Position numbers and translations under genes: made by a program. Below are positions 1 through 10,206 of a stretch of DNA of 64,000 bases, in pieces. Under the pieces are notes generated by a model, which saw only the letters and a program-made list of their open reading frames with translations, had not been told where the DNA came from and did not search any database. Numbering within the stretch: position 1 is the stretch's first letter; every line of letters begins with the position of its first letter. The stretch is from an uncultured Chitinophagaceae bacterium (GTDB lineage Bacteria > Bacteroidota > Ignavibacteria > UBA10030 > UBA8401): positions 16,597-80,596 of the forward strand of contig CAZXQG010000005.1 in assembly GCA_964642725.1 (NCBI GenBank), read 5' to 3'.

Positions 1-26
1 CGTCTTTTCTTAGGGAGATCCGACTA

Positions 27-362
27 ATGAAATTCACATCGAAAGAAATCGCAGGGGTTACCGTAATCACGCTGGAAGGAAATGTTCTTGGCGGCCCCGA
101 TGCGACGGAATTAAACAACACGCTTCACAAGTTTATTGACGCAAAGAAAAAGAAGATCGTTGTCGACCTGAAAGGCGTTTCCTCGATGAACAGTTCCGGG
201 CTCGGCATGCTTATCGGCGGCGTTACCACAATGCGCAACGTCAAAGGCGACCTTAAACTCGCGGGCGCTTCAGAAAAGATCCTCAAACTTCTGCAGGTAA
301 CAAAGCTGCTTTCCGTCTTCGAACATTTCGATACGACAAAGAAAGCGGTTGAAAGCTTCTGA
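27..362 (+). CDS. STAS-domain anti-sigma-factor antagonist (SpoIIAA/RsbV-like)
   Basis: 111 aa. STAS-like pattern with a phosphorylatable Ser region (VSSMNSSGLGMLIGG). An intrinsic terminator hairpin follows at 386-420. Confidence 0.7.
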   Translation: MKFTSKEIAGVTVITLEGNVLGGPDATELNNTLHKFIDAKKKKIVVDLKGVSSMNSSGLGMLIGGVTTMRNVKGDLKLAGASEKILKLLQVTKLLSVFEHFDTTKKAVESF

Positions 363-385
363 ATATTTTCCTAATTACGAAAAAG

Positions 386-420
386 GCGCCTTGTCAATAC
401 AAGACGCCTTTTCTATTTTG
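386..420. terminator. Rho-independent terminator hairpin (ggcgccttgt-caat-acaagacgcc plus T-run)
   Basis: 10-bp stem with one mismatch, followed by ttttctatttt. Lies between the convergent STAS gene and the rpiB-like gene. Confidence 0.6.
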
Positions 421-503
421 GACCGTCTGCGATCTGCGAAAAATATGCATCTTCCGAGAAATCACGGCATTTTCGCGCAACGTCTCCGTCGACACCGGGA
501 GTT

Positions 504-1229
504 TTACTTCGTAAATTTCTTTTCTACATCCGATATTTTATCGACACGCTTTTTATGCCTCCCGCCGCCAAACCAGGTTTCCAGCCACACTTTGACGATG
601 GATTTGATAAGTTCTATTCCAAGCACTTTTGCCCCGAGGGTAAGAACGTTGGCGTCATTATGTTCCCGGCTGCTCTGAGCAACGAATTCGTTGAAACAGG
701 CAGCAGCCCGTATCCCTGGAAGTTTATTGCACACAATGGATGAGGCTACTCCCGTTGCATCAATCATGATTCCCCGCCATGCTTCCCCCTTCGCTACAAT
801 TCGAGCAACCGCGTAAGCGTAATCAGGATAATCACAGGCATCTTCTGAATTTGTCCCAACGTCCAGGATCCGGAATCCAAGGTCTTCAAGGTATTTCTTC
901 AGCAGCTCTTTCGTTTGAAAGCCGCCGTGGTCGCTGCCGATAACAATTAACTTCGAACCAACTTTCGACGAAGAAATCGTCGCGGCCCTGTAGGATTCCG
1001 AAGACGGTGACGGCTTCGGCCCGTCCGATGCTTCCTTTGTATCGATGAAATGTACTTTCAGTTCCTTTGCTTTGTCTTTCGCAGAGGGAGTGACAATGGT
1101 ATTCCTGTCGGCGAAGATGCTCGTCTTCCCTTCTTTAACCGCTTTTACAATATCGCGTTCTGTGAGAACTGTTTTCGCCATGGCTGGAAATTTCTTCTTA
1201 ACTATTTCGCGTACTCTTCGTCTCCCCAC
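504..1229 (-). CDS. rpiB: Ribose-5-phosphate isomerase B (RpiB/LacAB family) with a ~90-aa N-terminal extension
   Basis: The C-terminal 150 aa carry the RpiB blocks IVIGSDHGG, GIMIDATGVASSIVCNK, NDANVLTLGAKV. The true start may be the internal MAKTV (near 1181). Confidence 0.7.
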   Translation of the reverse strand: MGRRRVREIVKKKFPAMAKTVLTERDIVKAVKEGKTSIFADRNTIVTPSAKDKAKELKVHFIDTKEASDGPKPSPSSESYRAATISSSKVGSKLIVIGSDHGGFQTKELLKKYLEDLGFRILDVGTNSEDACDYPDYAYAVARIVAKGEAWRGIMIDATGVASSIVCNKLPGIRAAACFNEFVAQSSREHNDANVLTLGAKVLGIELIKSIVKVWLETWFGGGRHKKRVDKISDVEKKFTK

Positions 1230-1690
1230 TCAACAACTTCAAGTTTCACTTTTGCGGTGCCCGTTCCTTTCATTCCCAGCTGTGTTGCCGCAGCAACCGA
1301 AAGGTCAATGATGCGCTCCAGCTTGAAGGGTCCGCGGTCGTTGATGCGCACGACAATCGACCGTTTGTTGTCAAGGTTTGTCACGCGGACTTTTGTGTTA
1401 AACGGCAGCGAGCGGTGGGCAGCGGTCATTTTATACATGTCGTACGTCTCTCCGTTCGCCGTTTTCTTTCCATTAAAATCATCCGCATAATAGGAGGCGA
1501 TGCCCTCCATGGTTTTCAACGACTTCGCCTCACTGTTCCCTTCATGAGATCTCGACTCAGTCGATCGCTCTCGAGTGAAGCGCGGCGACGATGCGCATCC
1601 TGAACTGATGAAAGCCGCAGCGAGTACACCGACAATGAACCCGGAATAAACGAACAGCACCTTCGTATGTTGCCGGCCGGACTCTTTCAC
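1202..1690 (-). CDS. rlpA: Septal ring lytic transglycosylase RlpA-family lipoprotein (DPBB domain)
   Basis: Lipoprotein signal peptide (LAAAFISSGC). RlpA blocks GIASYYADDFNGKKTANGETYD and VRVTNLDNKRSIVVRINDRGPF. Confidence 0.75.
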   Translation of the reverse strand: MKESGRQHTKVLFVYSGFIVGVLAAAFISSGCASSPRFTRERSTESRSHEGNSEAKSLKTMEGIASYYADDFNGKKTANGETYDMYKMTAAHRSLPFNTKVRVTNLDNKRSIVVRINDRGPFKLERIIDLSVAAATQLGMKGTGTAKVKLEVVEWGDEEYAK

Positions 1691-1726
1691 AGTTCTCGTT
1701 GTGGTGGATTTTCGGAAACCGTCGAG

Positions 1727-2824
1727 CTATAAATAATCGTTCATCTGTTTGCGGCGTATATGATCGACAATCTCTTTCACATCCTGCGATGCACCGCGTT
1801 TGCAGATCAACAACGCATCTCCCGTGCTGACGATAATGAGGTCGTCAACACCGACCGTCGCCACCAATTTGTCGTTCGTGTGAACATAGCAATTGTTCGT
1901 GTTGAAGGAAATCACTTTCCCGTGAAGCGAATTTCCATGTTCATCTTTCGACGAAAGACGGTAGACTTCGTCCCACGATCCGACGTCACTCCATCCGAAT
2001 GCCCCGCGTATCACGTACGCGTTCGTCGCTTTCTCCATTACGGCGTAATCGATCGAGATTCCGCGTATCAACCCATACGCGTGCTCGATGCTCTGTTCGA
2101 GAAGCGGCGTCCCAAGCGACGGTTCGATGCTCATCAAATGGTCGTAGAGTTCCGGAAGTGAATGCTTGATCTCTTTCAAAATGACGTCTGCCCTCCAAAT
2201 GAACATACCGCTGTTCCAGAAGAAGTCGCCGCTTTCGATAAATTTCTGGGCAGTCGCAAGGTTTGGTTTCTCGGCAAACGTCTTTACTTTGAAAATTTCT
2301 TGTGGCGGCGTTTTGCTTGTGCCCTGTTCATCATCAACGATCTGGATATATCCGTAACCGGTCTCCGGATGGGTCGGCTGAATTCCGATAGTGATAAGGG
2401 ACGATTGCTCGTGCGCCGCATTTACGCCAACCTTCAAAACACGACGGAATTCTTCCTCGTCGAGTACAATATGGTCAGAAGGGAGCACCACCATTACGCC
2501 GTCAGGGTCCAGCCTGCTGACAAATATTGCAGCCAGTCCAATGCAAGTCGCGGTATTTCGTCCGATCGGTTCGCAGATAATGTTTTCAACCGGGATCCCA
2601 GGCAACTGTTTGATTACGGCATTCTTTTGCAGTTTGTTCGTGACGATAAAAATATTTTCGGGAGCAACAAAGCCGTTCAGACGCCCGACAGTGTTCTGGA
2701 TCAGAGTATGCCCGCCCGCCATTTCCATCAGCTGCTTCGGCATTCGTTCACGGCTCCGCGGCCAGAACCTTGAACCGACTCCTCCCGCCATGATCACGGC
2801 ATAGATCGTTGTTTGTTCACCCAC
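1727..2824 (-). CDS. manC: Mannose-1-phosphate guanylyltransferase (GDP-mannose pyrophosphorylase)
   Basis: N-terminal nucleotidyltransferase motif MAGGVGSRFWPRS. Full-length ManC-like protein of 365 aa. Confidence 0.8.
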   Translation of the reverse strand: MGEQTTIYAVIMAGGVGSRFWPRSRERMPKQLMEMAGGHTLIQNTVGRLNGFVAPENIFIVTNKLQKNAVIKQLPGIPVENIICEPIGRNTATCIGLAAIFVSRLDPDGVMVVLPSDHIVLDEEEFRRVLKVGVNAAHEQSSLITIGIQPTHPETGYGYIQIVDDEQGTSKTPPQEIFKVKTFAEKPNLATAQKFIESGDFFWNSGMFIWRADVILKEIKHSLPELYDHLMSIEPSLGTPLLEQSIEHAYGLIRGISIDYAVMEKATNAYVIRGAFGWSDVGSWDEVYRLSSKDEHGNSLHGKVISFNTNNCYVHTNDKLVATVGVDDLIIVSTGDALLICKRGASQDVKEIVDHIRRKQMNDYL

Positions 2825-2833
2825 ATTTCACCT

Positions 2834-4084
2834 TTAATGTTTAAGCAGCGCTTCGGGGTCTTGAAGAATTTGATTGATGCTTTCAAGCATTGCGGCTCCG
2901 TTGGACCTTTCAGTAAGCGCCTTCGAAAGACGTTCGCCGACTTCACGCATGACTTCCGCAACACGCTCGTCTTGAGCCAAACCCGATGAATCAACATACC
3001 GAATGAATTTTAGCACCGATAGAAAGAACTCGAGAATCTCCTTCTTCCCGTGCGCACGAGCGACCTCAGTTGAACCTCTCGCGATCATCGCTAGCACTGC
3101 AAACACGCTCTTGCGTTCAGAGGGAGTCTTCGTGCCGATCTTTGAAACAATTTCTGTGAAGCGCTGAAAGCCGAGCAAAAGATTTTGATCGAGAATGTCG
3201 GCGAGAGCCGGGGATTCCACGACAGCCGGCGGGGGCGGCGTTTGAGGTTCGGGCTTTGAAAACATCTCTGGCTGAACTTCAGCAGGAAGGTCAGTCGGTT
3301 CCTCCGCGACAAGAACAGGCGGTACCGGTTCCGTCTGAGGCTCGGCCTCAGGAAGATTCTCAGGCTGCGTCTCGGGTTCCAGTTCCGGAACAATTTCGGG
3401 CTGATTTTCTGTAAGAAGTTCCGTTGGTTCCTCCACAACATCGACAGGAGGCGCCGGTTCCATCTGAGGTTCAGGCTCGGAAATAATCTCAGGTTGAATT
3501 TCAGGAAGAACCTCCGCCGGTTCCTCGGCAACAGCGACTGGGGGCTCTGGTTCCATCTGAGGTTCAGGATCTGAAATAAACTCAGGCTGAACTTCAGGAA
3601 GAAGCTCCGCCGGTTCCGTCTGAACTTCCGGTTCGGGGAGAAGCTCAGGCTGATCGTGAGAAGCAAGTTCCGCCGGTTCCTCGGCGACAACGGCAGGCGC
3701 GGACATTGCGGTCTCAACCGGTGCGTCAAATGGTTCGCTGAGAAATGCTTCGAACAATTTGTCGCTCAGCAACATCGCATCGATGTCAAATTGATCAGGA
3801 GAAAAATCTTCGCCCGGCTGTGCGACGCGTTCCAGCAACCACTGCATGGAAAGTGCGGCTTTCGTGAAACCGAATACCTGGCTCAAATGGTGTAACTCGT
3901 CTTTTAGATTCGGCGCCTGCTCAAGCCGTTCGATCAAAACCCGCATCTTGCTCCCGTGAAAAGGAATCAAGCTGTCTTGCAATCCCGCTTGGGTTCGTTG
4001 AAGCACCTGCAATAAGTATTGTTCTGGGTTATCCATGTTTGTAATTTCTCGGAACTCTCTCGGAAACTGCACAGAATATTTCAT
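2834..4084 (-). CDS. Hypothetical cytoplasmic protein with a central Pro/Glu-rich ~31-aa tandem-repeat linker
   Basis: 416 aa with no signal peptide or TM segment. Residues ~125-292 are an acidic PE-rich repeat (PPVAVAEEPAEVLPEIQPEIISEPEPQMEP, about 5 copies), with globular-looking N- and C-terminal domains on either side. Continuous ORF with normal codon usage. Confidence 0.55.
   Translation of the reverse strand: MKYSVQFPREFREITNMDNPEQYLLQVLQRTQAGLQDSLIPFHGSKMRVLIERLEQAPNLKDELHHLSQVFGFTKAALSMQWLLERVAQPGEDFSPDQFDIDAMLLSDKLFEAFLSEPFDAPVETAMSAPAVVAEEPAELASHDQPELLPEPEVQTEPAELLPEVQPEFISDPEPQMEPEPPVAVAEEPAEVLPEIQPEIISEPEPQMEPAPPVDVVEEPTELLTENQPEIVPELEPETQPENLPEAEPQTEPVPPVLVAEEPTDLPAEVQPEMFSKPEPQTPPPPAVVESPALADILDQNLLLGFQRFTEIVSKIGTKTPSERKSVFAVLAMIARGSTEVARAHGKKEILEFFLSVLKFIRYVDSSGLAQDERVAEVMREVGERLSKALTERSNGAAMLESINQILQDPEALLKH
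3209..3712 (-). repeat. In-frame ~93-nt tandem repeats encoding the PE-rich linker
   Basis: Repeated ctcaggctgaacttcaggaag.../ccggttccatctgaggttcagg units are visible in the DNA; they correspond to the PEPQMEP/EEP(A/T)E(L/V)LPE peptide repeats. Confidence 0.6.
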
Positions 4085-5147
4085 ACGGGATTGTGCCGAG
4101 CGTATCGGAAATCTTCCAGCAGGAAATTTCCGAATCGCCGTCCCGTCCCATTAACGTCACCCGGTCACCAACCTTGCACGCAGCCCGCTCGCCGACATCG
4201 ATCATGAGTTGGTCCATGCAAATCGCGCCGACGACAGGGTATTTTTTCCCATTGACGAGAACGTCCGCTTTGTTCGTCAGCCGCCTGCTGATGCCGTCAG
4301 CGTAACCGATTGAAACCGACGCGATATTCGTTTTTGACGATGTGTAATAGCGACGTCCATAGCTGACGCTTGTTCCCTTCTCTACTGTTTTCATAAACTC
4401 GATCCTTGAACGTATTGACATTGCAGGTTTCAACGGCAGAGGTTTTCGAGTCTCTCGAGAAGGATAGCAGCCATACAGCATGATTCCGGGGCGAACCATA
4501 TCGAAATATGACTCTTTCAATTGAAGGATCGCACCGCTGTTGGCGCTATGTTTTATGGGAATGTGAATACCGGCTGAATCAAGCCCGTGGAGAAGTGAAG
4601 TAAAATCCGACAATTGTTTGCGGGCAAACGACAGATTTTTCGCATCCGCTGTGGCGAAGTGAGTGAATATTCCAGCCACTTCAATATTGCCGAGCATACT
4701 CACTTCACGGATAAAAGCTGTCGCATCTTTAGGGGCGATGCCAATCCTTCCCATGCCGGTATCGACCTTCACGTGAACGACGGCTTTTTTCCCCGCACCG
4801 GCCGCGATCCGGTCAAGGTTCCGCGCAATCGAAATTGAACACAAAGTCGCTCCCAGATTGTGCTCGACGAACAACGCAAGCTGCGGTTCCGGCGGCGCCG
4901 TCAGCACCAGTACTGGAGCCTCGATTCCGTTTTGCCGGAGAGTGACTCCTTCTTCAACAATGGCCACGCCGAGGTGCGATGCCAGTTTCTCTTTCAATAT
5001 CGACTTTGCAACCGGAAGCATTCCATGACCGTACGCGTTGGCTTTGACAACCGCCATTATGTATGGCTGCTTGCCGACCTGTTTTCGAACTTGCTTGAGA
5101 TTGTGATGAATTGCTTTGAGGTCAATTTCTGCGTAGGTCGGTCTCAT
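4029..5147 (-). CDS. alr: Alanine racemase
   Basis: PLP-binding motif AVVKANAYGHG. Full-length Alr-like. Start set at MRPTYAEIDL (5147) rather than the longer ORF start at 5180. Confidence 0.85.
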   Translation of the reverse strand: MRPTYAEIDLKAIHHNLKQVRKQVGKQPYIMAVVKANAYGHGMLPVAKSILKEKLASHLGVAIVEEGVTLRQNGIEAPVLVLTAPPEPQLALFVEHNLGATLCSISIARNLDRIAAGAGKKAVVHVKVDTGMGRIGIAPKDATAFIREVSMLGNIEVAGIFTHFATADAKNLSFARKQLSDFTSLLHGLDSAGIHIPIKHSANSGAILQLKESYFDMVRPGIMLYGCYPSRETRKPLPLKPAMSIRSRIEFMKTVEKGTSVSYGRRYYTSSKTNIASVSIGYADGISRRLTNKADVLVNGKKYPVVGAICMDQLMIDVGERAACKVGDRVTLMGRDGDSEISCWKISDTLGTIPYEIFCAVSERVPRNYKHG

Positions 5148-5213
5148 GAATTCAATCTTGGGAAAAAAAATCAATGCCAATATAGCAGATTAATGAAGAA
5201 GAATCAACGAACA

Positions 5214-5252
5214 TACAAAAAAGCCCACAAACGGATTTAATCTTTGTGGGCT
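5214..5252 (-). terminator. Rho-independent terminator downstream of atpC
   Basis: 10-bp perfect stem agcccacaaa/tttgtgggct followed by a T-run on the minus strand. Confidence 0.65.
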
Positions 5253-5275
5253 GTGAGACAAACTATTACGGCGGC

Positions 5276-5683
5276 TCAGTGGTTTTCTGCAATTTTTAAA
5301 CGATTGATGGCGCGAATGAGGGCAATTCGAGCGCGCTCTTCGTCAATGCGTTCTTCCTTTTGCAAACGCTCGGCAGCACGCTCTTTGGCTTTCTCTGCTC
5401 TCTGCACGTCAATTTCATCGGAGCGTTCGGCCGTCTCCGCTAAGAGAATAACCTTGTTGCCGTTGACTTCAACGAAACCGCCGCTCGTTGCATAACGGCT
5501 GACTGCTCCGGCAGGATCGACGACTTTCACCTGCCCGACCGTAATCGATGAAAGAAAGGGTGCATGATCGAACAATACCTGGAAGCCCCCCGCCACACCC
5601 GGTGCGCTGAAACTTTGCACTTCCCCGGAGAAAACCGTTTTCGTCGGAGTCACTATATCGAGATTAAAATTCTTTCCTGACAT
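5276..5683 (-). CDS. atpC: F0F1 ATP synthase epsilon subunit
   Basis: 135 aa of typical epsilon-subunit sequence, immediately downstream of atpD. Confidence 0.85.
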   Translation of the reverse strand: MSGKNFNLDIVTPTKTVFSGEVQSFSAPGVAGGFQVLFDHAPFLSSITVGQVKVVDPAGAVSRYATSGGFVEVNGNKVILLAETAERSDEIDVQRAEKAKERAAERLQKEERIDEERARIALIRAINRLKIAENH

Positions 5684-5704
5684 CAGAGTTCGTTGTTATT
5701 CTTT

Positions 5705-7138
<1,434 letters not shown>

Positions 7139-7304
7139 TCACAATATTCGTAGCTAATGTTTCAAATTAACTAATTTTTTAAGAAAAATCAATGCAAATC
7201 TAGGTGAAGAATGATTCCATAACTCAAATTATTCCGCGAAAAAGTATCTCGAACTGCGAAAGTTCAAGAACATAAAGTCATTGCATCACTTCACTTTTAA
7301 AAAA

Positions 7305-8261
7305 TCATCGTTTGAGAATGGAGGCTATGATAGCCTTCCCATGCAAACGCCCGTTTTCAATAAATATTCTGTTATTATTTTTTCCTGCTGCAATTGAACC
7401 GGCAATGTAGAGCCCCGGAATGTTTGTTTCCATCGTCACCTCGTCGTAATCGGGCGCCAGCGTCTCGGAATTCGTTTCCACTCCTATTGCTTTGAGAAAG
7501 CTGATATCGGGGTGGTAGCCTATCAGGGCAAAGACAAAATCGGTTGGAATTGAAAAGCGGCCCCGGGCGTTGTTTTCGAGAACAAGCGAATCTGCTTTTA
7601 TCTCTTTTACCTCAGTCGAAAAATGTGTTGTTATCGTCCCTTCTCTTATTCTGTTTTCGATGTCCGGAAGGATCCAGTATTTTATTCCATCGCTCAATTT
7701 TTCCCATCGATGAATAAGAGTGACGACCGCGCCGTGACGGTACAATTCTAGCGCGGCAATCGCGGCGGAATTTTTTCCGCCTATGACGGCAACATTCCGC
7801 CTGAAGTACGAAAATGGCTCTGAATAATAATGAGAGACGGTTGGAAATTCTTCTCCGGGGATATTCAAAAGGTTTGGATTGTCGAAGTAACCTGTTGCAA
7901 CGATGACGTTTCTTGTTTTGTATAAAGATTTGCTCGTCTTTAGTTCGAAGCCTTGGTCTGCTTTTCTTAAGGAAACTACTTGTTCAAAGAGTTGCAGCCG
8001 GAGCTTAAAATGTTCGGCGACTTTCATGTAGTACTCCAACCCGTCTGCTCTCGTAGGCCGCATTGACGACGAAGAAAAAGGAAGGCCGCCTATCTCGAGC
8101 AGTTCCGGCGTAGAAAAAAAGGACATCGCCGTTGGAAATTTTTGGATGGAATTGACCACCGCGCCCTTTTCAATAACGAGATAGTGCAAACCCGCTTTAT
8201 ATGCTTCGATAGCAGCCGACAGCCCCGCCGGCCCCGCTCCAATGATCACAACATCATACAT
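7305..8261 (-). CDS. FAD/NAD(P)-dependent pyridine nucleotide-disulfide oxidoreductase, YpdA (putative bacillithiol disulfide reductase)-like
   Basis: N-terminal GxGxxG (VVIIGAGPAGLSAA) and a second dinucleotide motif VAVIGGKNSA. About 320 aa, YpdA-like length. Confidence 0.6.
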   Translation of the reverse strand: MYDVVIIGAGPAGLSAAIEAYKAGLHYLVIEKGAVVNSIQKFPTAMSFFSTPELLEIGGLPFSSSSMRPTRADGLEYYMKVAEHFKLRLQLFEQVVSLRKADQGFELKTSKSLYKTRNVIVATGYFDNPNLLNIPGEEFPTVSHYYSEPFSYFRRNVAVIGGKNSAAIAALELYRHGAVVTLIHRWEKLSDGIKYWILPDIENRIREGTITTHFSTEVKEIKADSLVLENNARGRFSIPTDFVFALIGYHPDISFLKAIGVETNSETLAPDYDEVTMETNIPGLYIAGSIAAGKNNNRIFIENGRLHGKAIIASILKR

Positions 8262-8274
8262 TAAAAGCCCTTTC

Positions 8275-8315
8275 TCACAAAAAATCCGTCCTTCGTTTGA
8301 ACTTAAGGGACGGAT
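8275..8315 (-). terminator. Intrinsic terminator after tRNA-Thr
   Basis: Stem atccgtcc/ggacggat followed by a T-run on the minus strand. Confidence 0.5.
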
Positions 8316-8335
8316 CTCTCATGCATAATACGAAG

Positions 8336-8407
8336 AGCTGAAGGTGGGATTTGAACCCACGACCTGCGGTTTACGAAACCGCTGCTCTACCGCTGAGCTA
8401 CTTCAGC
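8336..8407 (-). tRNA. tRNA-Thr (anticodon CGU)
   Basis: Cloverleaf folded by hand from the minus-strand sequence GCTGAAGTAGCTCAGCGGTAGAGCAGCGGTTTCGTAAACCGCAGGTCGTGGGTTCAAATCCCACCTTCAGCT. Acceptor stem 7 bp, D arm GCTC/GAGC, T arm GTGGG-TTCAAAT-CCCAC, anticodon loop TTCGTAA. CCA is not encoded. Confidence 0.9.
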
Positions 8408-8430
8408 CATGCTTTGATAATATAAAAAAA

Positions 8431-9144
8431 TTAGAAGAAAATTCCAATAAACGGCCCGTGAACCATGCGCGCATAGTCTTGCGTTTTATCGCTCATCGAC
8501 CATTTCTGAGTCTCAAACCGGTAACCCGCCGTTACACCATCTCCGATAAGTTCACGAAACAAAAATTGAAGTTCGGCAACGACGGCAGTAGACGACCCGC
8601 TTTCTACACTGAACCCTGCCGTGCTGTAATAAAGAATTCCAACGCCGGTGAATTGAACTCCAAAATTCTCTGTTATGTGTTTGTACTCCAAACCTGTCCC
8701 AATTCCGACACTTGCAATGTTAAAATCTTTGGATGAATTTGATGCACCGCCGGCCTCTACAAAATTCGTCGAAAACACAACTGGCAAAAACAAATTTCCG
8801 CGGTCGGAGGAGGCGGTTAATGAAATATCGGTTATCGATTCAGCGGCCAGCGAAATTTCCGAGCGGCTGTCAGTGTTAAACCTGTATGACGAATAACCAA
8901 AGGCAATCCGCAAGCCCAGCTGCCGGTATTCAGCGGACCACAAAGGGGACTTGACATGGATTTTTGCTGAATCGGAGAGCGTATTCCCTCCCGCCGGCTC
9001 AAAATCCTGAACCGATGTGTTTATCCCGAACGAACGGAAATCCTCGAGCGAAGGATAGTTCTCTTCAAAAAGCTGGCTTCGAGATTCTTTCGACGAACAC
9101 ACGAGAAATAAGAAAATAAAGCAGCACCTGGAAACAGTCATGTG
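8431..9144 (-). CDS. Putative outer-membrane beta-barrel protein
   Basis: Signal peptide (MTVSRCCFIFLFLVCSS), alternating-hydrophobic beta-strand pattern, and the C-terminal aromatic residue (…IGIFF) typical of OMPs. Confidence 0.5.
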   Translation of the reverse strand, partial: HMTVSRCCFIFLFLVCSSKESRSQLFEENYPSLEDFRSFGINTSVQDFEPAGGNTLSDSAKIHVKSPLWSAEYRQLGLRIAFGYSSYRFNTDSRSEISLAAESITDISLTASSDRGNLFLPVVFSTNFVEAGGASNSSKDFNIASVGIGTGLEYKHITENFGVQFTGVGILYYSTAGFSVESGSSTAVVAELQFLFRELIGDGVTAGYRFETQKWSMSDKTQDYARMVHGPFIGIFF

Positions 9145-9276
9145 TGTAACTCTTGCACCGTCCATAATATTTTTGCTGGTTGAATGTACATTTTTTTAAT
9201 GAAACTTTCATCCCGCTCAATTTGAGAAACAAAAACATTCAACGTATATTATGCATTAGATAAGGGCAGGAAAAAT

Positions 9277-9690
9277 ATGATGAACCGGTTTTTCAAATTT
9301 GGATTCTCGATGGCAGGCTGTGTCGTAGCGTTAGTCTTCGTTCTCTCATCGTGCAAAGACACATCAAATTCGGTTTCGAACTTGGACGAAATAGTTTTCC
9401 CTGCAACGGGTATCAGTTATGAGAAGCAAGTGCAGCCGCTCTTTAACATCGGCTGCGCAACTACCTCATGCCATGATAACCAGGACAAGACGCTCAACCT
9501 TACAAGCTACGGTTTATGGAAGTTAGATCCGGGCGTTATCTATAGCGGGGATACAACCAATAGCAGATTCATATGGTGCATTGAAGCAAGGCCTGGATCA
9601 TCCCCCATGCCGCCGGCGAGGCCCCTGGTACAAAACCAAATCCAGGGATTGAAGAGGTGGATCTACGAGGGTGCAAAAGACACGCAGTAA
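9277..9690 (+). CDS. PSCyt1-like (planctomycete-type cytochrome c domain) lipoprotein with a CX4CH motif
   Basis: Lipoprotein signal (LVFVLSSC). The domain pattern VQPLFNIGCATTSCH…L.L…MPP…LKRWIYEGA resembles PF07635; the haem motif is CATTSCH rather than CXXCH. Confidence 0.45.
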   Translation: MMNRFFKFGFSMAGCVVALVFVLSSCKDTSNSVSNLDEIVFPATGISYEKQVQPLFNIGCATTSCHDNQDKTLNLTSYGLWKLDPGVIYSGDTTNSRFIWCIEARPGSSPMPPARPLVQNQIQGLKRWIYEGAKDTQ

Positions 9691-9695
9691 TCTGC

Positions 9696-10205
9696 CTACT
9701 TCTTTTGTAACAAATACACCAAATCGAACTCTATGCCTCCTTCCGAGTGTTCTACAATTCTTCCTATCTCTTTTCCGTCAGAAAGCAGAATAAACGTCGG
9801 CACTTTTGTCACGTGATACTTCTCCGTCACTCCCTCGCGATTTCTCTTTGACCTGTCGACGCCGTACAGTTCGATGTTCGCTTCAGGTATATGCGCTAAA
9901 GATGCCGTCTTAAAGAATTTTGGAAGTTCGCGTTTCGTGTCGCCGCACCATGTGCCGCCGATGACGATGAAGCGAATATCTTTCGCGGCTGAGGAGAGAA
10001 ACACGACGGATGCAGAGTCCGGTGTGAACGATGCAAAGTTTTTCGCGTACCAATCAAAAGAGGAGTCGGCCTCTAACAGCGAGGATGAAAACCTGCCGGT
10101 GATAATCTTCTGTCCGCGCGGTTCGACTGAAACCTGATAGGATTCGCCGGAACCACACCCGGCAATAAGTAACAATACCGCAAGAAAAACCGTTCTACGC
10201 GCCAT
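9696..10205 (-). CDS. Thioredoxin-fold lipoprotein (TlpA/redoxin-like, CxxT active-site variant)
   Basis: Lipobox LLIAGCGS. Thioredoxin-like block VIGGTWCGDTKRELPKF and VPTFILL. Start chosen at MARRTVFLAV. Confidence 0.5.
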   Translation of the reverse strand: MARRTVFLAVLLLIAGCGSGESYQVSVEPRGQKIITGRFSSSLLEADSSFDWYAKNFASFTPDSASVVFLSSAAKDIRFIVIGGTWCGDTKRELPKFFKTASLAHIPEANIELYGVDRSKRNREGVTEKYHVTKVPTFILLSDGKEIGRIVEHSEGGIEFDLVYLLQKK

Positions 10206-10206
10206 T

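Noticed and set aside
3091-3729. 212-aa Arg/Asn/Leu-rich ORF on the plus strand
   Set aside because: It is the antisense shadow of the PE-repeat region of the 2834-4084 gene, and its low-complexity sequence is driven by the repeat.
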